Sequence record: MN895435.1
Reading direction: 5' to 3' (one strand)
DNA length: 64,000 bases
Source: Escherichia phage teqhal
A program made the position numbers and the translations under genes. Under the pieces are notes generated by a model. That model did not search any database, had not been told where the DNA came from, and was given only the letters and a program-made list of their open reading frames with translations. This document shows positions 1-9,711 of this stretch, one piece after another. Each line of letters starts with the position of its first letter. Within the stretch, counting starts at the first letter, position 1.

Positions 1-1
1 T

Positions 2-226
2 GAAAATTATATTCCATTGTGGTTTATTGCATTATATCATTTTGCTTTCGCTAGTGAATATGATATAATGAGATGGTTTACTCGAGAAGAGCGTGAAGAC
101 TTAAAAGATCGTGGAATGTACATTGCGATTTATGAAGTGCCAGATGATCAAGTTATCATTGGTGGGCATCAAGTAATGTTTCGCAAATCGCATGCCGAAT
201 TAAAAGGCTTTATTACCTTAGATTAA
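2..226 (+). CDS. hypothetical protein, probable 3' part of a gene starting upstream of the window
   Basis: Frame open from position 2; first in-window start is TTG at 17; no RBS seen; synteny suggests dexA/motB region. Confidence 0.3.
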   Translation, partial: ENYIPLWFIALYHFAFASEYDIMRWFTREEREDLKDRGMYIAIYEVPDDQVIIGGHQVMFRKSHAELKGFITLD

Positions 227-235
227 AGGAAAATT

Positions 236-736
236 ATGATTAAAATTAATACTACGTATCAAATGAAAAAACCATCTGAAATTGATTTCCAGACAATGTC
301 GAATACGACTGATAGCAAGTTTTGGGAACTTCTTGGTACAACTGGCGGATATCCTTTTACTGTTATTAGTGTTAATAGCGGAATTCTCATTGGTACAGTG
401 TACATGGAAATTAGAAACTATTATGGAAGGGTATCATCATTCATCATCTATGAAGAAGATTTCAATTTATTGACAGAAATTGAAAAAGAAGAACAAGAAA
501 AATCCCATATTGATATGGATTTAGTTTCTATGTATGTAACACCAGTTGAAAAAATTGAAGACCCGACTGATTTGTTGTGTAAGGCAGTTTATATTCGTCG
601 TCCATTCGCGAATCCGATTGGCGGTTGGGTAACTGATCAGTGGATTGAAGATGGTGTTGAACTTCTGAACGTAGTTCATGCTGGAGAGTACTCTGTAGTT
701 CCTCGCAGCGCAGTGATTAATGTTCGTGTAAGCTAG
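236..736 (+). CDS. hypothetical early protein, 166 aa; paralog of the next ORF
   Basis: ATG with AAAGGA RBS; C-terminus (TDQWIEDGVELLNVV..G.Y.V.P.S) clearly related to C-terminus of 810..1301. Confidence 0.55.
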   Translation: MIKINTTYQMKKPSEIDFQTMSNTTDSKFWELLGTTGGYPFTVISVNSGILIGTVYMEIRNYYGRVSSFIIYEEDFNLLTEIEKEEQEKSHIDMDLVSMYVTPVEKIEDPTDLLCKAVYIRRPFANPIGGWVTDQWIEDGVELLNVVHAGEYSVVPRSAVINVRVS

Positions 737-809
737 TTTACAAACTCTTGGGACCAGAGTATAATGGTCCTGCGGAGTATAAAATCTTTTTAACAAGTGA
801 GAGATAATT

Positions 810-1301
810 ATGAATATTAATATCGGTGAAATTGCTCGTGTATCTGATAAATCCCGTTCTAAGGCAGCAGGAAAATTGGTTGAAGTTGTAAGCATTCAGC
901 TTAAACATGGCGTTAAAGATGAAGATTCTGAAGTAAAAGTGCGTATCATTCCTAAAGATGGAATGTCTAAACCTCAGTTTGGTTATGTTCGATGGAAATT
1001 TCTTGAGCCTGCGTTTTTGAAAGCTGTTCCCGCTAAAGGAATTGAAACGATTGATACTTCGCATGTAGGTGTAGACTTTAAGTGGAAACTCGGTCAAGCT
1101 ATCAAGTTCGTTGCTCCTTATGAGTTTGAATTTACTGAAGGTGAGGAAGGTGTTGTTAACCGTACTCGCGCTATGTGTGCATACATTACCGATCAATGGG
1201 TAGAAGACGGTGTTAAGTTGTACAACACGGTATTTTTAGGAACATACAAAGTCATTCCTGAAAGCTGGATTAAACACTATAGCAAAGCTCGTTATGCATA
1301 A
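810..1301 (+). CDS. hypothetical early protein, 163 aa; size and position consistent with T4 MotB (tentative)
   Basis: ORF with RBS; shares C-terminal motif with 236..736; synteny upstream of gene 39. Confidence 0.55.
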   Translation: MNINIGEIARVSDKSRSKAAGKLVEVVSIQLKHGVKDEDSEVKVRIIPKDGMSKPQFGYVRWKFLEPAFLKAVPAKGIETIDTSHVGVDFKWKLGQAIKFVAPYEFEFTEGEEGVVNRTRAMCAYITDQWVEDGVKLYNTVFLGTYKVIPESWIKHYSKARYA

Positions 1302-1398
1302 AGTTTAAAATTTTTTCATAAAACTATATACATCAGTAGTTGATTATGGTACTATATCAATATCAACTACTGATACAGAAAACAACTTGGAGAATAAA

Positions 1399-1668
1399 AT
1401 GGAAAACTTAATTATCATCGAGCAATCTTTCAACGATTATGGTATGGCTTATGGTTATCGTGCGATAATGGAAGATTCTCGTGGATGTGTTATCGATATT
1501 GCTGAATGTAAAGATTTACTGCAGCTTTTGAAGATTGTTCGCAAAAATTGGGATTGTGAAAACATTAAAGCTCGTGTTGTAACGGAAGAAGAAACTGTTT
1601 TTCATGATGTAAAATTTGCCAAAGATGCTGCTACTCTTCTGAAACGCATCGCTCCACTGTTCAATTAA
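1399..1668 (+). CDS. hypothetical protein, 89 aa
   Basis: ATG preceded by conserved GGAGAATAAA leader (track start 1387 is a TTG inside the RBS). Confidence 0.5.
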   Translation: MENLIIIEQSFNDYGMAYGYRAIMEDSRGCVIDIAECKDLLQLLKIVRKNWDCENIKARVVTEEETVFHDVKFAKDAATLLKRIAPLFN

Positions 1669-1681
1669 TGAGGAAATTGTA

Positions 1682-1897
1682 ATGAAACGTAAAATTGTTC
1701 AGAATTGCACTAATGACGAATTTGAAGATGTATTATTCGATCCAGATTTGGTAGTAGTTCAAAAGGAACACACCATCAAGTTTACTCACTTGACTTCGGT
1801 TTATGTGTATGAAAAGGTTGGTGATAAACAACCGATTTATGGTGTATTCCGTGAAATCACTGAAGACGGTACAACTTACTGGAAGGAAATTTATTAA
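1682..1897 (+). CDS. hypothetical protein, 71 aa (size and synteny compatible with T4 cef; tentative)
   Basis: ORF with GAGGAA RBS. Confidence 0.45.
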   Translation: MKRKIVQNCTNDEFEDVLFDPDLVVVQKEHTIKFTHLTSVYVYEKVGDKQPIYGVFREITEDGTTYWKEIY

Positions 1898-2316
1898 TGG
1901 CTATTAAATTTGAAGTTAATAAATGGTATCAATTTAAAAATAAACAAGCTCAAGAAGCTTTTATTAAAGACCATACTGAAAACGGAATTTATGCACGACG
2001 TTTAGGTATGGAACCTTTTAAAGTTATAGATATTGACTATCTTGGTCGTCCTACTAAAATTATGTCATCTACTGGAAGATTGGCATTATCCTCCGGTAAA
2101 GATATTTTGGATGAAGATTTTATTTGGCTTTCTACTAGCGAAGCTGAATTCTTTGATGAAGTGGAAAATCCATACCAGGCAGCTGAAGAGCAAGAGCAGG
2201 AAGAGAAAGAGCAAATAGAAGATTTCACAGAATTCCCAATCATGAAAGTTACTATTGAAAATAATGAACAGGCATGGTCCTTGTATCAGATGTTGAAAGC
2301 TCACTTTAAGGAATAA
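1897..2316 (+). CDS. hypothetical acidic protein, 139 aa (position compatible with T4 goF/comC-alpha; tentative)
   Basis: ORF start overlaps previous stop; glutamate-rich C-terminal region. Confidence 0.45.
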   Translation: MAIKFEVNKWYQFKNKQAQEAFIKDHTENGIYARRLGMEPFKVIDIDYLGRPTKIMSSTGRLALSSGKDILDEDFIWLSTSEAEFFDEVENPYQAAEEQEQEEKEQIEDFTEFPIMKVTIENNEQAWSLYQMLKAHFKE

Positions 2317-2318
2317 TT

Positions 2319-2495
2319 ATGCCAATGTATGATTATAAATGCCAATCCGAAGATTGCGGGCATGAATATGAAAAAATTAAAAAGATTTCTGAACGAGAAA
2401 ATGATGTTTGCCCTAAATGTCATCGTTTGTCTACTCGTCGGCCTTCTGCTCCTAAGCATGTGAATGGTGGTTTTTACGACTTACTTAAAGGGTAA
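2319..2495 (+). CDS. small zinc-ribbon protein, 58 aa
   Basis: Not in ORF track (under 60 aa); CxxxxC and CxxC cysteine pairs (CQSEDC ... CPKC); start overlaps upstream stop. Confidence 0.4.
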   Translation: MPMYDYKCQSEDCGHEYEKIKKISERENDVCPKCHRLSTRRPSAPKHVNGGFYDLLKG

Positions 2496-2497
2496 TT

Positions 2498-2869
2498 ATG
2501 TTTAAAATCGGTAAGAAATATTGCATTCGTGAAGGTGAAGAACAGAAATATCTACTTTCTGCTAGTAATAGGAATAGTTCTATTAATGCTGTAATATCTA
2601 CAAGCGAATTTATCGTTGAAGATATGAAAGGTAATAATGTCACAATGATTAGTACAGCATCTGGAAATGATGGAAAAATTCTTCACAGTTTTCAGAGTAA
2701 TGTTCTAATTTATGATGAAGAATTTGACCTATTCGAAGAAGTTACAGAAGATTTTGATTTTGAATGCACTATCACTATGAAATCTGGCGATCCTCTTTCT
2801 TTTACAGTTAAAGATGAAAGAAGCCGCTTGAGAGTTATTAGTCTTCTTCAAGCCATTAAATTTAAGTGA
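2498..2869 (+). CDS. hypothetical protein, 123 aa
   Basis: ORF with RBS, tightly packed with neighbours. Confidence 0.5.
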   Translation: MFKIGKKYCIREGEEQKYLLSASNRNSSINAVISTSEFIVEDMKGNNVTMISTASGNDGKILHSFQSNVLIYDEEFDLFEEVTEDFDFECTITMKSGDPLSFTVKDERSRLRVISLLQAIKFK

Positions 2870-2874
2870 AAATT

Positions 2875-3135
2875 ATGAAATATATTAATCGTTCTATCGC
2901 AGCATTAGTATTAGCAGTGTCTTTAGTAGGATGTACTGATGCTGATAATGCAACTAAAGTTTTGTCTTCAAGTGGTTTTACTAATATTGAAATCACTGGA
3001 TATAACTGGTTCGGTTGCTCTGAAAATGATTTCCAACATACTGGATTTCGTGCTATTGGACCTACCGGGCAGAAAGTAGAAGGAACAGTATGTTCTGGGC
3101 TGTTCTTTAAGGATTCAACTATTCGTTTTAAATAA
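2875..3135 (+). CDS. putative lipoprotein, 86 aa
   Basis: Signal peptide followed by lipobox LVGC (MKYINRSIAALVLAVSLVGCTD); followed by a hairpin. Confidence 0.5.
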   Translation: MKYINRSIAALVLAVSLVGCTDADNATKVLSSSGFTNIEITGYNWFGCSENDFQHTGFRAIGPTGQKVEGTVCSGLFFKDSTIRFK

Positions 3136-3136
3136 A

Positions 3137-3153
3137 AGGCCTTCGGGCCTTTA
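3137..3153 (+). terminator. UUCG-loop hairpin after the lipoprotein ORF (weak terminator or RNA stability element)
   Basis: aggcc-ttcg-ggcct stem-loop followed by TT. Confidence 0.35.
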
Positions 3154-3204
3154 GCTTTATGATTACCGGAGTATAATATTCCCGAAACCAAACGAGGATA
3201 AGTG

Positions 3205-5022
3205 ATGATTAAGAATGAAATTAAAATTCTGAGCGATATTGAACATATCAAAAAGCGTAGTGGCATGTACATTGGCTCTTCTGCTAATGAAATGCATGAG
3301 CGCTTTCTGTTTGGTAAATGGGAAAGTGTTCAGTATGTACCTGGTCTTGTTAAGCTTATTGATGAAATTATCGATAACTCAGTCGATGAAGGTATTCGTA
3401 CTAAGTTTAAATTCGCGAATAAAATTAATGTTACCATTAAAAATAATCAGGTAACAGTTGAAGATAACGGTCGCGGTATTCCACAAGCGATGGTTAAAAC
3501 ACCTACCGGTGAAGAAATTCCTGGTCCAGTTGCTGCTTGGACTATTCCAAAAGCGGGTGGTAACTTCGGTGATGATAAAGAACGCGTCACTGGCGGTATG
3601 AATGGTGTTGGTTCTAGTTTAACTAACATTTTTTCTGTGATGTTTGTCGGAGAAACTGGCGACGGTCAAAATAATATTGTAGTTCGTTGTTCAAACGGCA
3701 TGGAAAATAAATCATGGGAAGATATTCCTGGAAAATGGAAAGGAACCCGTGTTACTTTCATTCCTGATTTTATGTCATTTGAAACTAATGAGCTGTCCCA
3801 AGTTTATCTTGACATTACACTAGATCGTCTCCAGACACTTGCTGTTGTTTATCCTGATATTCAATTTACCTTTAATGGTAAAAAGGTTCAGGGCAATTTT
3901 AAGAAATATGCACGCCAATATGATGAGCATGCTATTGTTCAAGAACAAGAAAATTGTTCTATTGCGGTTGGTCGTTCACCGGATGGTTTTCGTCAATTAA
4001 CTTATGTGAATAACATCCACACTAAGAATGGTGGCCATCACATTGACTGTGTTATGGATGATATTTGTGAAGACCTTATTCCACAAATCAAACGTAAGTT
4101 CAAAATTGATGTAACTAAAGCACGTGTCAAAGAATGTTTGACTATCGTTATGTTTGTTCGTGATATGAAAAACATGCGATTTGATTCTCAAACTAAAGAG
4201 CGTTTGACTTCTCCATTTGGCGAAATTCGTAGTCATATTCAGCTTGATGCTAAAAAGATTTCACGCGCTATTTTAAACAATGAAGCGATTTTGATGCCAA
4301 TTATTGAAGCTGCGTTGGCTCGTAAATTGGCGGCAGAAAAAGCAGCAGAAACTAAAGCAGCTAAAAAGGCTTCTAAAGCTAAGGTTCATAAACATATCAA
4401 AGCGAATCTTTGTGGTAAAGATGCTGATACTACTCTTTTCTTGACTGAGGGTGATTCGGCTATCGGATATCTTATTGATGTTCGTGATAAAGAACTTCAT
4501 GGTGGTTATCCATTGCGTGGTAAAGTTCTCAACAGTTGGGGTATGTCATATGCTGATATGCTTAAAAACAAAGAACTGTTTGATATTTGCGCAATCACTG
4601 GATTAGTTCTCGGTGAAAAAGCTGAAAACTTGAATTATCATAATATTGCTATTATGACTGATGCTGACCATGATGGTCTAGGAAGCATTTATCCTTCTCT
4701 GCTCGGGTTTTTTAGTAATTGGCCAGAATTGTTTGAGCAAGGACGAATTCGCTTTGTCAAAACTCCTGTAATCATCGCTCAGGTCGGTAAAAAACAAGAA
4801 TGGTTTTATACAGTCGCTGAATATGAGAGTGCTAAAGATGCTCTACCTAAACATAGCATCCGTTATATTAAGGGACTTGGCTCTTTGGAAAAATCTGAAT
4901 ATCGTGAGATGATTCAAAATCCGGTATATGATGTTGTTAAACTTCCTGAGAACTGGAAAGAGCTTTTTGAAATGCTCATGGGAGATAATGCTGACCTTCG
5001 TAAAGAATGGATGAGCCAGTAG
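3205..5022 (+). CDS. 39: DNA topoisomerase II large (ATPase) subunit, single-chain 39+60 type
   Basis: 605 aa from ATG at 3205 (track start 3202 is GTG); N-terminus MIKNEIKILSDIEHIKKRSGMYIGS is GyrB/gp39-like; continuous ORF with no bypass element. Confidence 0.9.
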   Translation: MIKNEIKILSDIEHIKKRSGMYIGSSANEMHERFLFGKWESVQYVPGLVKLIDEIIDNSVDEGIRTKFKFANKINVTIKNNQVTVEDNGRGIPQAMVKTPTGEEIPGPVAAWTIPKAGGNFGDDKERVTGGMNGVGSSLTNIFSVMFVGETGDGQNNIVVRCSNGMENKSWEDIPGKWKGTRVTFIPDFMSFETNELSQVYLDITLDRLQTLAVVYPDIQFTFNGKKVQGNFKKYARQYDEHAIVQEQENCSIAVGRSPDGFRQLTYVNNIHTKNGGHHIDCVMDDICEDLIPQIKRKFKIDVTKARVKECLTIVMFVRDMKNMRFDSQTKERLTSPFGEIRSHIQLDAKKISRAILNNEAILMPIIEAALARKLAAEKAAETKAAKKASKAKVHKHIKANLCGKDADTTLFLTEGDSAIGYLIDVRDKELHGGYPLRGKVLNSWGMSYADMLKNKELFDICAITGLVLGEKAENLNYHNIAIMTDADHDGLGSIYPSLLGFFSNWPELFEQGRIRFVKTPVIIAQVGKKQEWFYTVAEYESAKDALPKHSIRYIKGLGSLEKSEYREMIQNPVYDVVKLPENWKELFEMLMGDNADLRKEWMSQ

Positions 5023-5076
5023 TTTACTTTACCACAAGGATGTGGTATAATTAATTGGGCAAATGAGGATATTGGA

Positions 5077-5280
5077 ATGAAATCATATAAAGTAAATTTA
5101 GAACTTTTTGATAAAGCAGTTCATCGAGAATATAGAATCATTCAACGCTTTTTCGATATGGGAGAAGCCGAAGAATTTAAAAACCGCTTTAAGGATATTA
5201 GAGATAAAATTCAATCCGACACCGCAACTAAAGATGAACTACTAGAAGTTGCTGAAGTTATTAAACGTAATATGAATTAA
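5077..5280 (+). CDS. hypothetical protein, 67 aa (rIIA.1 position)
   Basis: ORF between gene 39 and rIIA. Confidence 0.5.
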   Translation: MKSYKVNLELFDKAVHREYRIIQRFFDMGEAEEFKNRFKDIRDKIQSDTATKDELLEVAEVIKRNMN

Positions 5281-5290
5281 TGAGGAAATT

Positions 5291-7468
5291 ATGATTATCA
5301 CCACTGAAAAAGAAACAATTCTTGGTAATGGTTCTAAATCAAAAGCATTTAGCATCGCAGCAAATCCTAAAGTATTTAAAATTCTATCATCTGATTTGTA
5401 TACAAACAAGATTCGCGCAGTAGTCCGTGAATTGATTACTAACATGATTGATGCTCATGCACTTAATGGAAATCCTGAAAAATTTATCATTCAAGTTCCA
5501 GGACGATTAGATCCACGATTTGTTTGTCGAGATTTTGGTCCGGGTATGAGTGATTTTGATATTCAGGGTGATGATAATTCTCCTGGTTTGTATAATTCAT
5601 ACTTCAGTTCATCTAAGGCTGAATCTAACGATTTCATTGGCGGATTTGGGTTAGGTTCTAAATCTCCGTTTAGTTATACTGATACATTTAGTATTACTTC
5701 TTATCATAAAGGTGAAATTCGTGGTTATGTAGCTTACATGGATGGCGATGGTCCACAAATTAAACCTACATTCGTAAAAGAAATGGGTCCAGATGATAAA
5801 ACTGGTATTGAAATCGTAGTTCCAGTTGAAGAAAAAGACTTTAGAAACTTTGCTTATGAAGTTTCTTATATCATGCGACCATTCAAAGATTTGGCTATCA
5901 TTAATGGTCTTGACCGCGAAATTGATTATTTTCCGGATTTTGATGATTATTATGGCGTAAATCCAGAAAGATACTGGCCTGATCGCGGTGGATTATATGC
6001 TATCTATGGCGGTATTGTTTATCCTATCGATGGTGTTATTAGAGACCGTAACTGGCTAAGCATTCGCAATGAAGTGAATTACATTAAGTTTCCAATGGGT
6101 TCACTTGATATTGCTCCATCTCGCGAGGCTCTTTCACTGGATGATCGCACTCGTAAAAATATTATTGAACGAGTTAAAGAACTCAGTGAGAAAGCATTTA
6201 ATGAAGATGTAAAACGATTTAAAGAATCTACATCTCCTCGTCATACATATCGTGAATTGATGAAGATGGGGTATTCTGCTCGAGATTATATGATTAGTAA
6301 TTCAGTCAAATTCACGACTAAAAATCTGTCATATAAGAAAATGCAGAGCATGTTTGAACCTGACAGTAAGTTATGTAATGCAGGCGTGGTGTATGAAGTA
6401 AATCTTGACCCTCGACTGAAGCGTATTAAGCAAAGTCATGAAACTTCAGCCGTTGCATCAAGTTATCGTCTGTTTGGTATTAATACGACAAAAATTAATA
6501 TTGTTATTGATAATATTAAAAATCGTGTTAATATTGTCCGTGGATTAGCACGTGCATTAGATGATAGTGAATTTAATAACACCTTAAATATTCATCACAA
6601 TGAGCGTCTTCTGTTTATTAATCCGGAAGTAGAATCACAGATTGATTTGCTTCCTGACATTATGGCGATGTTTGAAAGTGATGAAGTTAACATTCATTAT
6701 TTGTCAGAAATTGAAGCTTTAGTTAAAAGCTATATTCCAAAGGTAGTTAAAAGTAAAGCTCCTCGTCCTAAAGCTGCTACAGCATTTAAATTTGAAATTA
6801 AAGATGGGCGATGGGAAAAAGAGGAACTATTTACACTTACGTCAGAAGCAGATGAAATTACTGGTTATGTAGCGTATATGCATCGTTCTGATATTTTCTC
6901 TATGGATGGTACTACATCGCTTTGTCATCCATCTATGAATATTTTGATTCGTATGGCTAATCTTATTGGCATTAATGAATTTTATGTTATTCGTCCGCTT
7001 TTGCAGAAAAAGGTAAAAGAGCTTGGTCAGTGCCAATGTATTTTTGAAGCTTTACGTGATTTATATGTAGATGCTTTTGATGATGTAGATTATGATAAGT
7101 ATGTAGGTTATTCAAGTTCAGCTCAACGATATATTGATAAAATTATCAAGCATCCTGAACTAGATTTTATGATGAAGTACTTCAGTACAGATGAAGTTTC
7201 TGAAGAATATACACGACTTGGTAATATGGTTAGTTCATTACGCGGTGTATATTTCAACGGTGGAAAAGATACCATCGGTCATGATATCTGGACAGTAACT
7301 AATCTCTTTGATGAATTATCACGTAATGCTTCAAAAAATAGTGATAAAATGGTTGCTGAGTTTACCAAGAAATTCCGTATTGTTTCCGACTTCATCGGTT
7401 ATCGCAACTCTTTAAGTGATGATGAAGTTTCCCAAATCGCTAAAACTATGAAGGCCCTTGCGGCCTAA
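5291..7468 (+). CDS. rIIA: rIIA membrane-associated protein (protects against Rex-type exclusion)
   Basis: 725 aa, the T4 rIIA length; N-terminal ATPase-like region; followed directly by a 312 aa ORF. Confidence 0.85.
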   Translation: MIITTEKETILGNGSKSKAFSIAANPKVFKILSSDLYTNKIRAVVRELITNMIDAHALNGNPEKFIIQVPGRLDPRFVCRDFGPGMSDFDIQGDDNSPGLYNSYFSSSKAESNDFIGGFGLGSKSPFSYTDTFSITSYHKGEIRGYVAYMDGDGPQIKPTFVKEMGPDDKTGIEIVVPVEEKDFRNFAYEVSYIMRPFKDLAIINGLDREIDYFPDFDDYYGVNPERYWPDRGGLYAIYGGIVYPIDGVIRDRNWLSIRNEVNYIKFPMGSLDIAPSREALSLDDRTRKNIIERVKELSEKAFNEDVKRFKESTSPRHTYRELMKMGYSARDYMISNSVKFTTKNLSYKKMQSMFEPDSKLCNAGVVYEVNLDPRLKRIKQSHETSAVASSYRLFGINTTKINIVIDNIKNRVNIVRGLARALDDSEFNNTLNIHHNERLLFINPEVESQIDLLPDIMAMFESDEVNIHYLSEIEALVKSYIPKVVKSKAPRPKAATAFKFEIKDGRWEKEELFTLTSEADEITGYVAYMHRSDIFSMDGTTSLCHPSMNILIRMANLIGINEFYVIRPLLQKKVKELGQCQCIFEALRDLYVDAFDDVDYDKYVGYSSSAQRYIDKIIKHPELDFMMKYFSTDEVSEEYTRLGNMVSSLRGVYFNGGKDTIGHDIWTVTNLFDELSRNASKNSDKMVAEFTKKFRIVSDFIGYRNSLSDDEVSQIAKTMKALAA

Positions 7469-7479
7469 TAAGGAAAATT

Positions 7480-8418
7480 ATGTACAATATTAAATGCCTG
7501 ACCAAAAACGAACAATCTGAAATTGTTAAATTGTATTCAAGTGGTAATTACACCCAACAGGAATTGGCTGATTGGCAAGGTGTATCGGTTGACACAATCC
7601 GTCGTGTTTTGAAAAATGCTGAAGAAGCTAAACGCTCTAAAGTTACTATTAGCGGTGATATTACAGTTAAAGTTAATAGCGATGCAGTTATTGCTCCAGT
7701 TGCTAAATCTGACATTATTTGGAATGCATCTAAAAAATTCATTTCAATTACTGTTGACGGTGTAACTTATAACGCAACTCCTAATACTCATTCAAACTTC
7801 CAGGAAATTCTTAATCTGCTTGTAGCGGATAAGCTGGAAGAAGCTGCACAAAAAATTAATGTTCGCCGTGCTGTTGAAAAATATATTTCCGGCGATGTTC
7901 GAATTGAAGGTGGAAGCTTGTTCTATCAAAATATCGAATTGCGGTCTGGTTTGGTTGATCGTATTCTTGACTCGATGGAAAAAGGCGAAAACTTTGAATT
8001 TTATTTTCCGTTCTTGGAAAATCTGCTGGAAAACCCAAGCCAAAAAGCGGTATCTCGACTCTTTGATTTCTTGGTAGCAAACGATATTGAAATTACAGAA
8101 GATGGTTACTTCTATGCTTGGAAAGTAGTTCGCAGCAATTACTTTGACTGTCACTCAAACACCTTTGATAACAGTCCGGGTAAAGTAGTTAAAATGCCGC
8201 GTACTCGTGTGAATGACGATGATACACAAACTTGTTCTCGTGGTCTGCATGTGTGTTCTAAATCTTATATTCGTCACTTCGGTGGTTCAACCAGCCGAGT
8301 TGTAAAAGTTAAAGTACATCCACGCGATGTAGTATCAATTCCGATTGATTACAACGATGCTAAAATGCGTACCTGCCAATACGAAGTAGTTGAAGACGTT
8401 ACTGAACAATTTAAATAA
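7480..8418 (+). CDS. rIIB: rIIB protein
   Basis: 312 aa, the T4 rIIB length; immediately downstream of rIIA. Confidence 0.85.
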   Translation: MYNIKCLTKNEQSEIVKLYSSGNYTQQELADWQGVSVDTIRRVLKNAEEAKRSKVTISGDITVKVNSDAVIAPVAKSDIIWNASKKFISITVDGVTYNATPNTHSNFQEILNLLVADKLEEAAQKINVRRAVEKYISGDVRIEGGSLFYQNIELRSGLVDRILDSMEKGENFEFYFPFLENLLENPSQKAVSRLFDFLVANDIEITEDGYFYAWKVVRSNYFDCHSNTFDNSPGKVVKMPRTRVNDDDTQTCSRGLHVCSKSYIRHFGGSTSRVVKVKVHPRDVVSIPIDYNDAKMRTCQYEVVEDVTEQFK

Positions 8419-8432
8419 GGGCTTCGGCCCTT
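8419..8432 (+). other. UUCG tetraloop hairpin just after the rIIB stop
   Basis: gggc-ttcg-gccc. Confidence 0.4.
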
Positions 8433-8446
8433 AACTAAGGAAAATT

Positions 8447-8641
8447 ATGTTAGGTTATCAAGCACGAGTAAAAGAAGAATACGATCAATTAATGCTCAAA
8501 ATTAATGCACTGAGTAAATTTTTAGAAAGCACAAAGTTTCTAACGGTTAGTGCAGTTGAGCAAGAACTGCTACTTTCACAGTTCATCTCAATGAAATCTT
8601 ATGCTGAATGTTTAGAGAAAAGAATTGCACAATTCAAATAA
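8447..8641 (+). CDS. hypothetical protein, 64 aa
   Basis: ORF with AAGGAAA RBS. Confidence 0.45.
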   Translation: MLGYQARVKEEYDQLMLKINALSKFLESTKFLTVSAVEQELLLSQFISMKSYAECLEKRIAQFK

Positions 8642-8645
8642 ATAA

Positions 8646-8666
8646 GGGCTTCGGCCCTTTTGTTTT
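8646..8666 (+). terminator. rho-independent terminator
   Basis: gggc-ttcg-gccc hairpin followed by TTTTGTTTT. Confidence 0.6.
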
Positions 8667-8723
8667 AAGGGAAACTATGATTTTGTATGAATATCAGTGA
8701 TTCCGACGTAAAAGGAAAGTTTA

Positions 8724-9281
8724 ATGCAGAAAACGAATCCGGGTTTACAGAGACTATTTCAGATTCCGACATTTACCCTATCGAACAGTGACTTGACTAG
8801 TGAAATGAAGGTCAAAATTGCTGATACAGCAAGATACTCTTTAAAACAAAATCCAAATCAGGATAAGGCAGAAGTTATCGAAAGATGCCGTATCGCTGTG
8901 TACGCAGAGTTTTTTGTGGCAGATTGGCTAAGCGGATATGTCAATAAAGGCCAAGAAGATGTCGATGATCCGTACACATATGCATGGGATGTTTTAGCAC
9001 ATCCAAAATACTGTGGGCTCCGTGTAGAAGTTAAGACACATCAAACTGACTCGCGTTGGATTTCGGTAACAACGGGATGCAGCGGAGAGTATCCATATGG
9101 TTCTGGAATAAATCTAGGGCCCATTCTAAATCATCAAGTCGCGGACTGTATAATTATATTCAACACTAAAGAAATTCATCCAGGTGTCATCCAGTACACT
9201 CCGAAGTTCATTGGTGATAGAGAAGACCTTCGTAAGGTTGTAAGAAAAAGCAACTACAACGGCTGGTATCTTTCCATTTAA
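8724..9281 (+). CDS. denB: endonuclease IV (cytosine-DNA-specific ssDNA endonuclease)
   Basis: 185 aa, the T4 DenB length; adjacent to rIIB as in T4; AAGGAAAG RBS. Confidence 0.65.
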   Translation: MQKTNPGLQRLFQIPTFTLSNSDLTSEMKVKIADTARYSLKQNPNQDKAEVIERCRIAVYAEFFVADWLSGYVNKGQEDVDDPYTYAWDVLAHPKYCGLRVEVKTHQTDSRWISVTTGCSGEYPYGSGINLGPILNHQVADCIIIFNTKEIHPGVIQYTPKFIGDREDLRKVVRKSNYNGWYLSI

Positions 9282-9297
9282 AAATTTTCACAAAACG

Positions 9298-9328
9298 GTT
9301 TACATACCACAAGGACCGTGGTATTATA
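9298..9328 (+). promoter_or_regulatory. early (sigma70-type) promoter
   Basis: -35 GTTTACA, TG-extended -10 TGGTATTAT, A/T-rich upstream; followed by conserved leader ACTATCAACTACTGATAC. Confidence 0.5.
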
Positions 9329-9364
9329 CAACTATCAACTACTGATACGGATTTGGAGAATAAA

Positions 9365-9628
9365 ATGAAATTTAAATTTTATTACGCTAAACATAAAATA
9401 ACTGATGAGTTTGTGTCAGTTGAATATTCTAGCGATGATGAAGGTATGATTTATACTCGCTTGGGACTATCGCATTGGGAGTCTGATACGCCTTATTTTT
9501 CAACTCCCGAAGAAATTACACGCTTAGTTAATGGTCATATGAATGACCACTGGAATGTAATTCTTTCAGATAGTCTTAAAGCAGCTATTAATAGTAATGA
9601 AATGAAAATCGCTGAGATTGAGCTATGA
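9365..9628 (+). CDS. hypothetical protein, 87 aa
   Basis: ATG preceded by GGAGAATAAA leader. Confidence 0.5.
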   Translation: MKFKFYYAKHKITDEFVSVEYSSDDEGMIYTRLGLSHWESDTPYFSTPEEITRLVNGHMNDHWNVILSDSLKAAINSNEMKIAEIEL

Positions 9629-9711
9629 GTTCACTATGGTGGTGTTTTGTTTGGTTAATTAGTATTCCAGTAATTTGTTTAACATTTACTTTTGTAATGA
9701 GGTTATTATGA
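9625..9711 (+). CDS. tiny hydrophobic peptide, 28 aa
   Basis: ATGA overlap with upstream stop; sequence MSSLWWCFVWLISIPVICLTFTFVMRLL. Confidence 0.25.
   Translation: MSSLWWCFVWLISIPVICLTFTFVMRLL

Noticed and set aside
521-1196. Minus-strand ORFs of 124 and 152 aa overlapping + strand early genes
   Set aside because: Antisense to well-supported, tightly packed + strand ORFs with RBSs; A/T-rich sequence makes long antisense frames common by chance
3202-3204. GTG start for the topoisomerase gene as given in the ORF track
   Set aside because: ATG at 3205 gives the expected MIKNEIK N-terminus with better spacing from the GAGGA RBS
3239-4500. Short ORFs inside gene 39 in other frames or on the opposite strand (3239..3454, 3447..3629, 3997..4236, 4273..4500)
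   Set aside because: Fully contained in the topoisomerase coding sequence; no independent signals
3205-5022. Possible programmed bypass or frameshift in the topoisomerase gene, as in T4 gene 60
   Set aside because: The ORF is continuous across the whole subunit; no in-frame stop or hop signature
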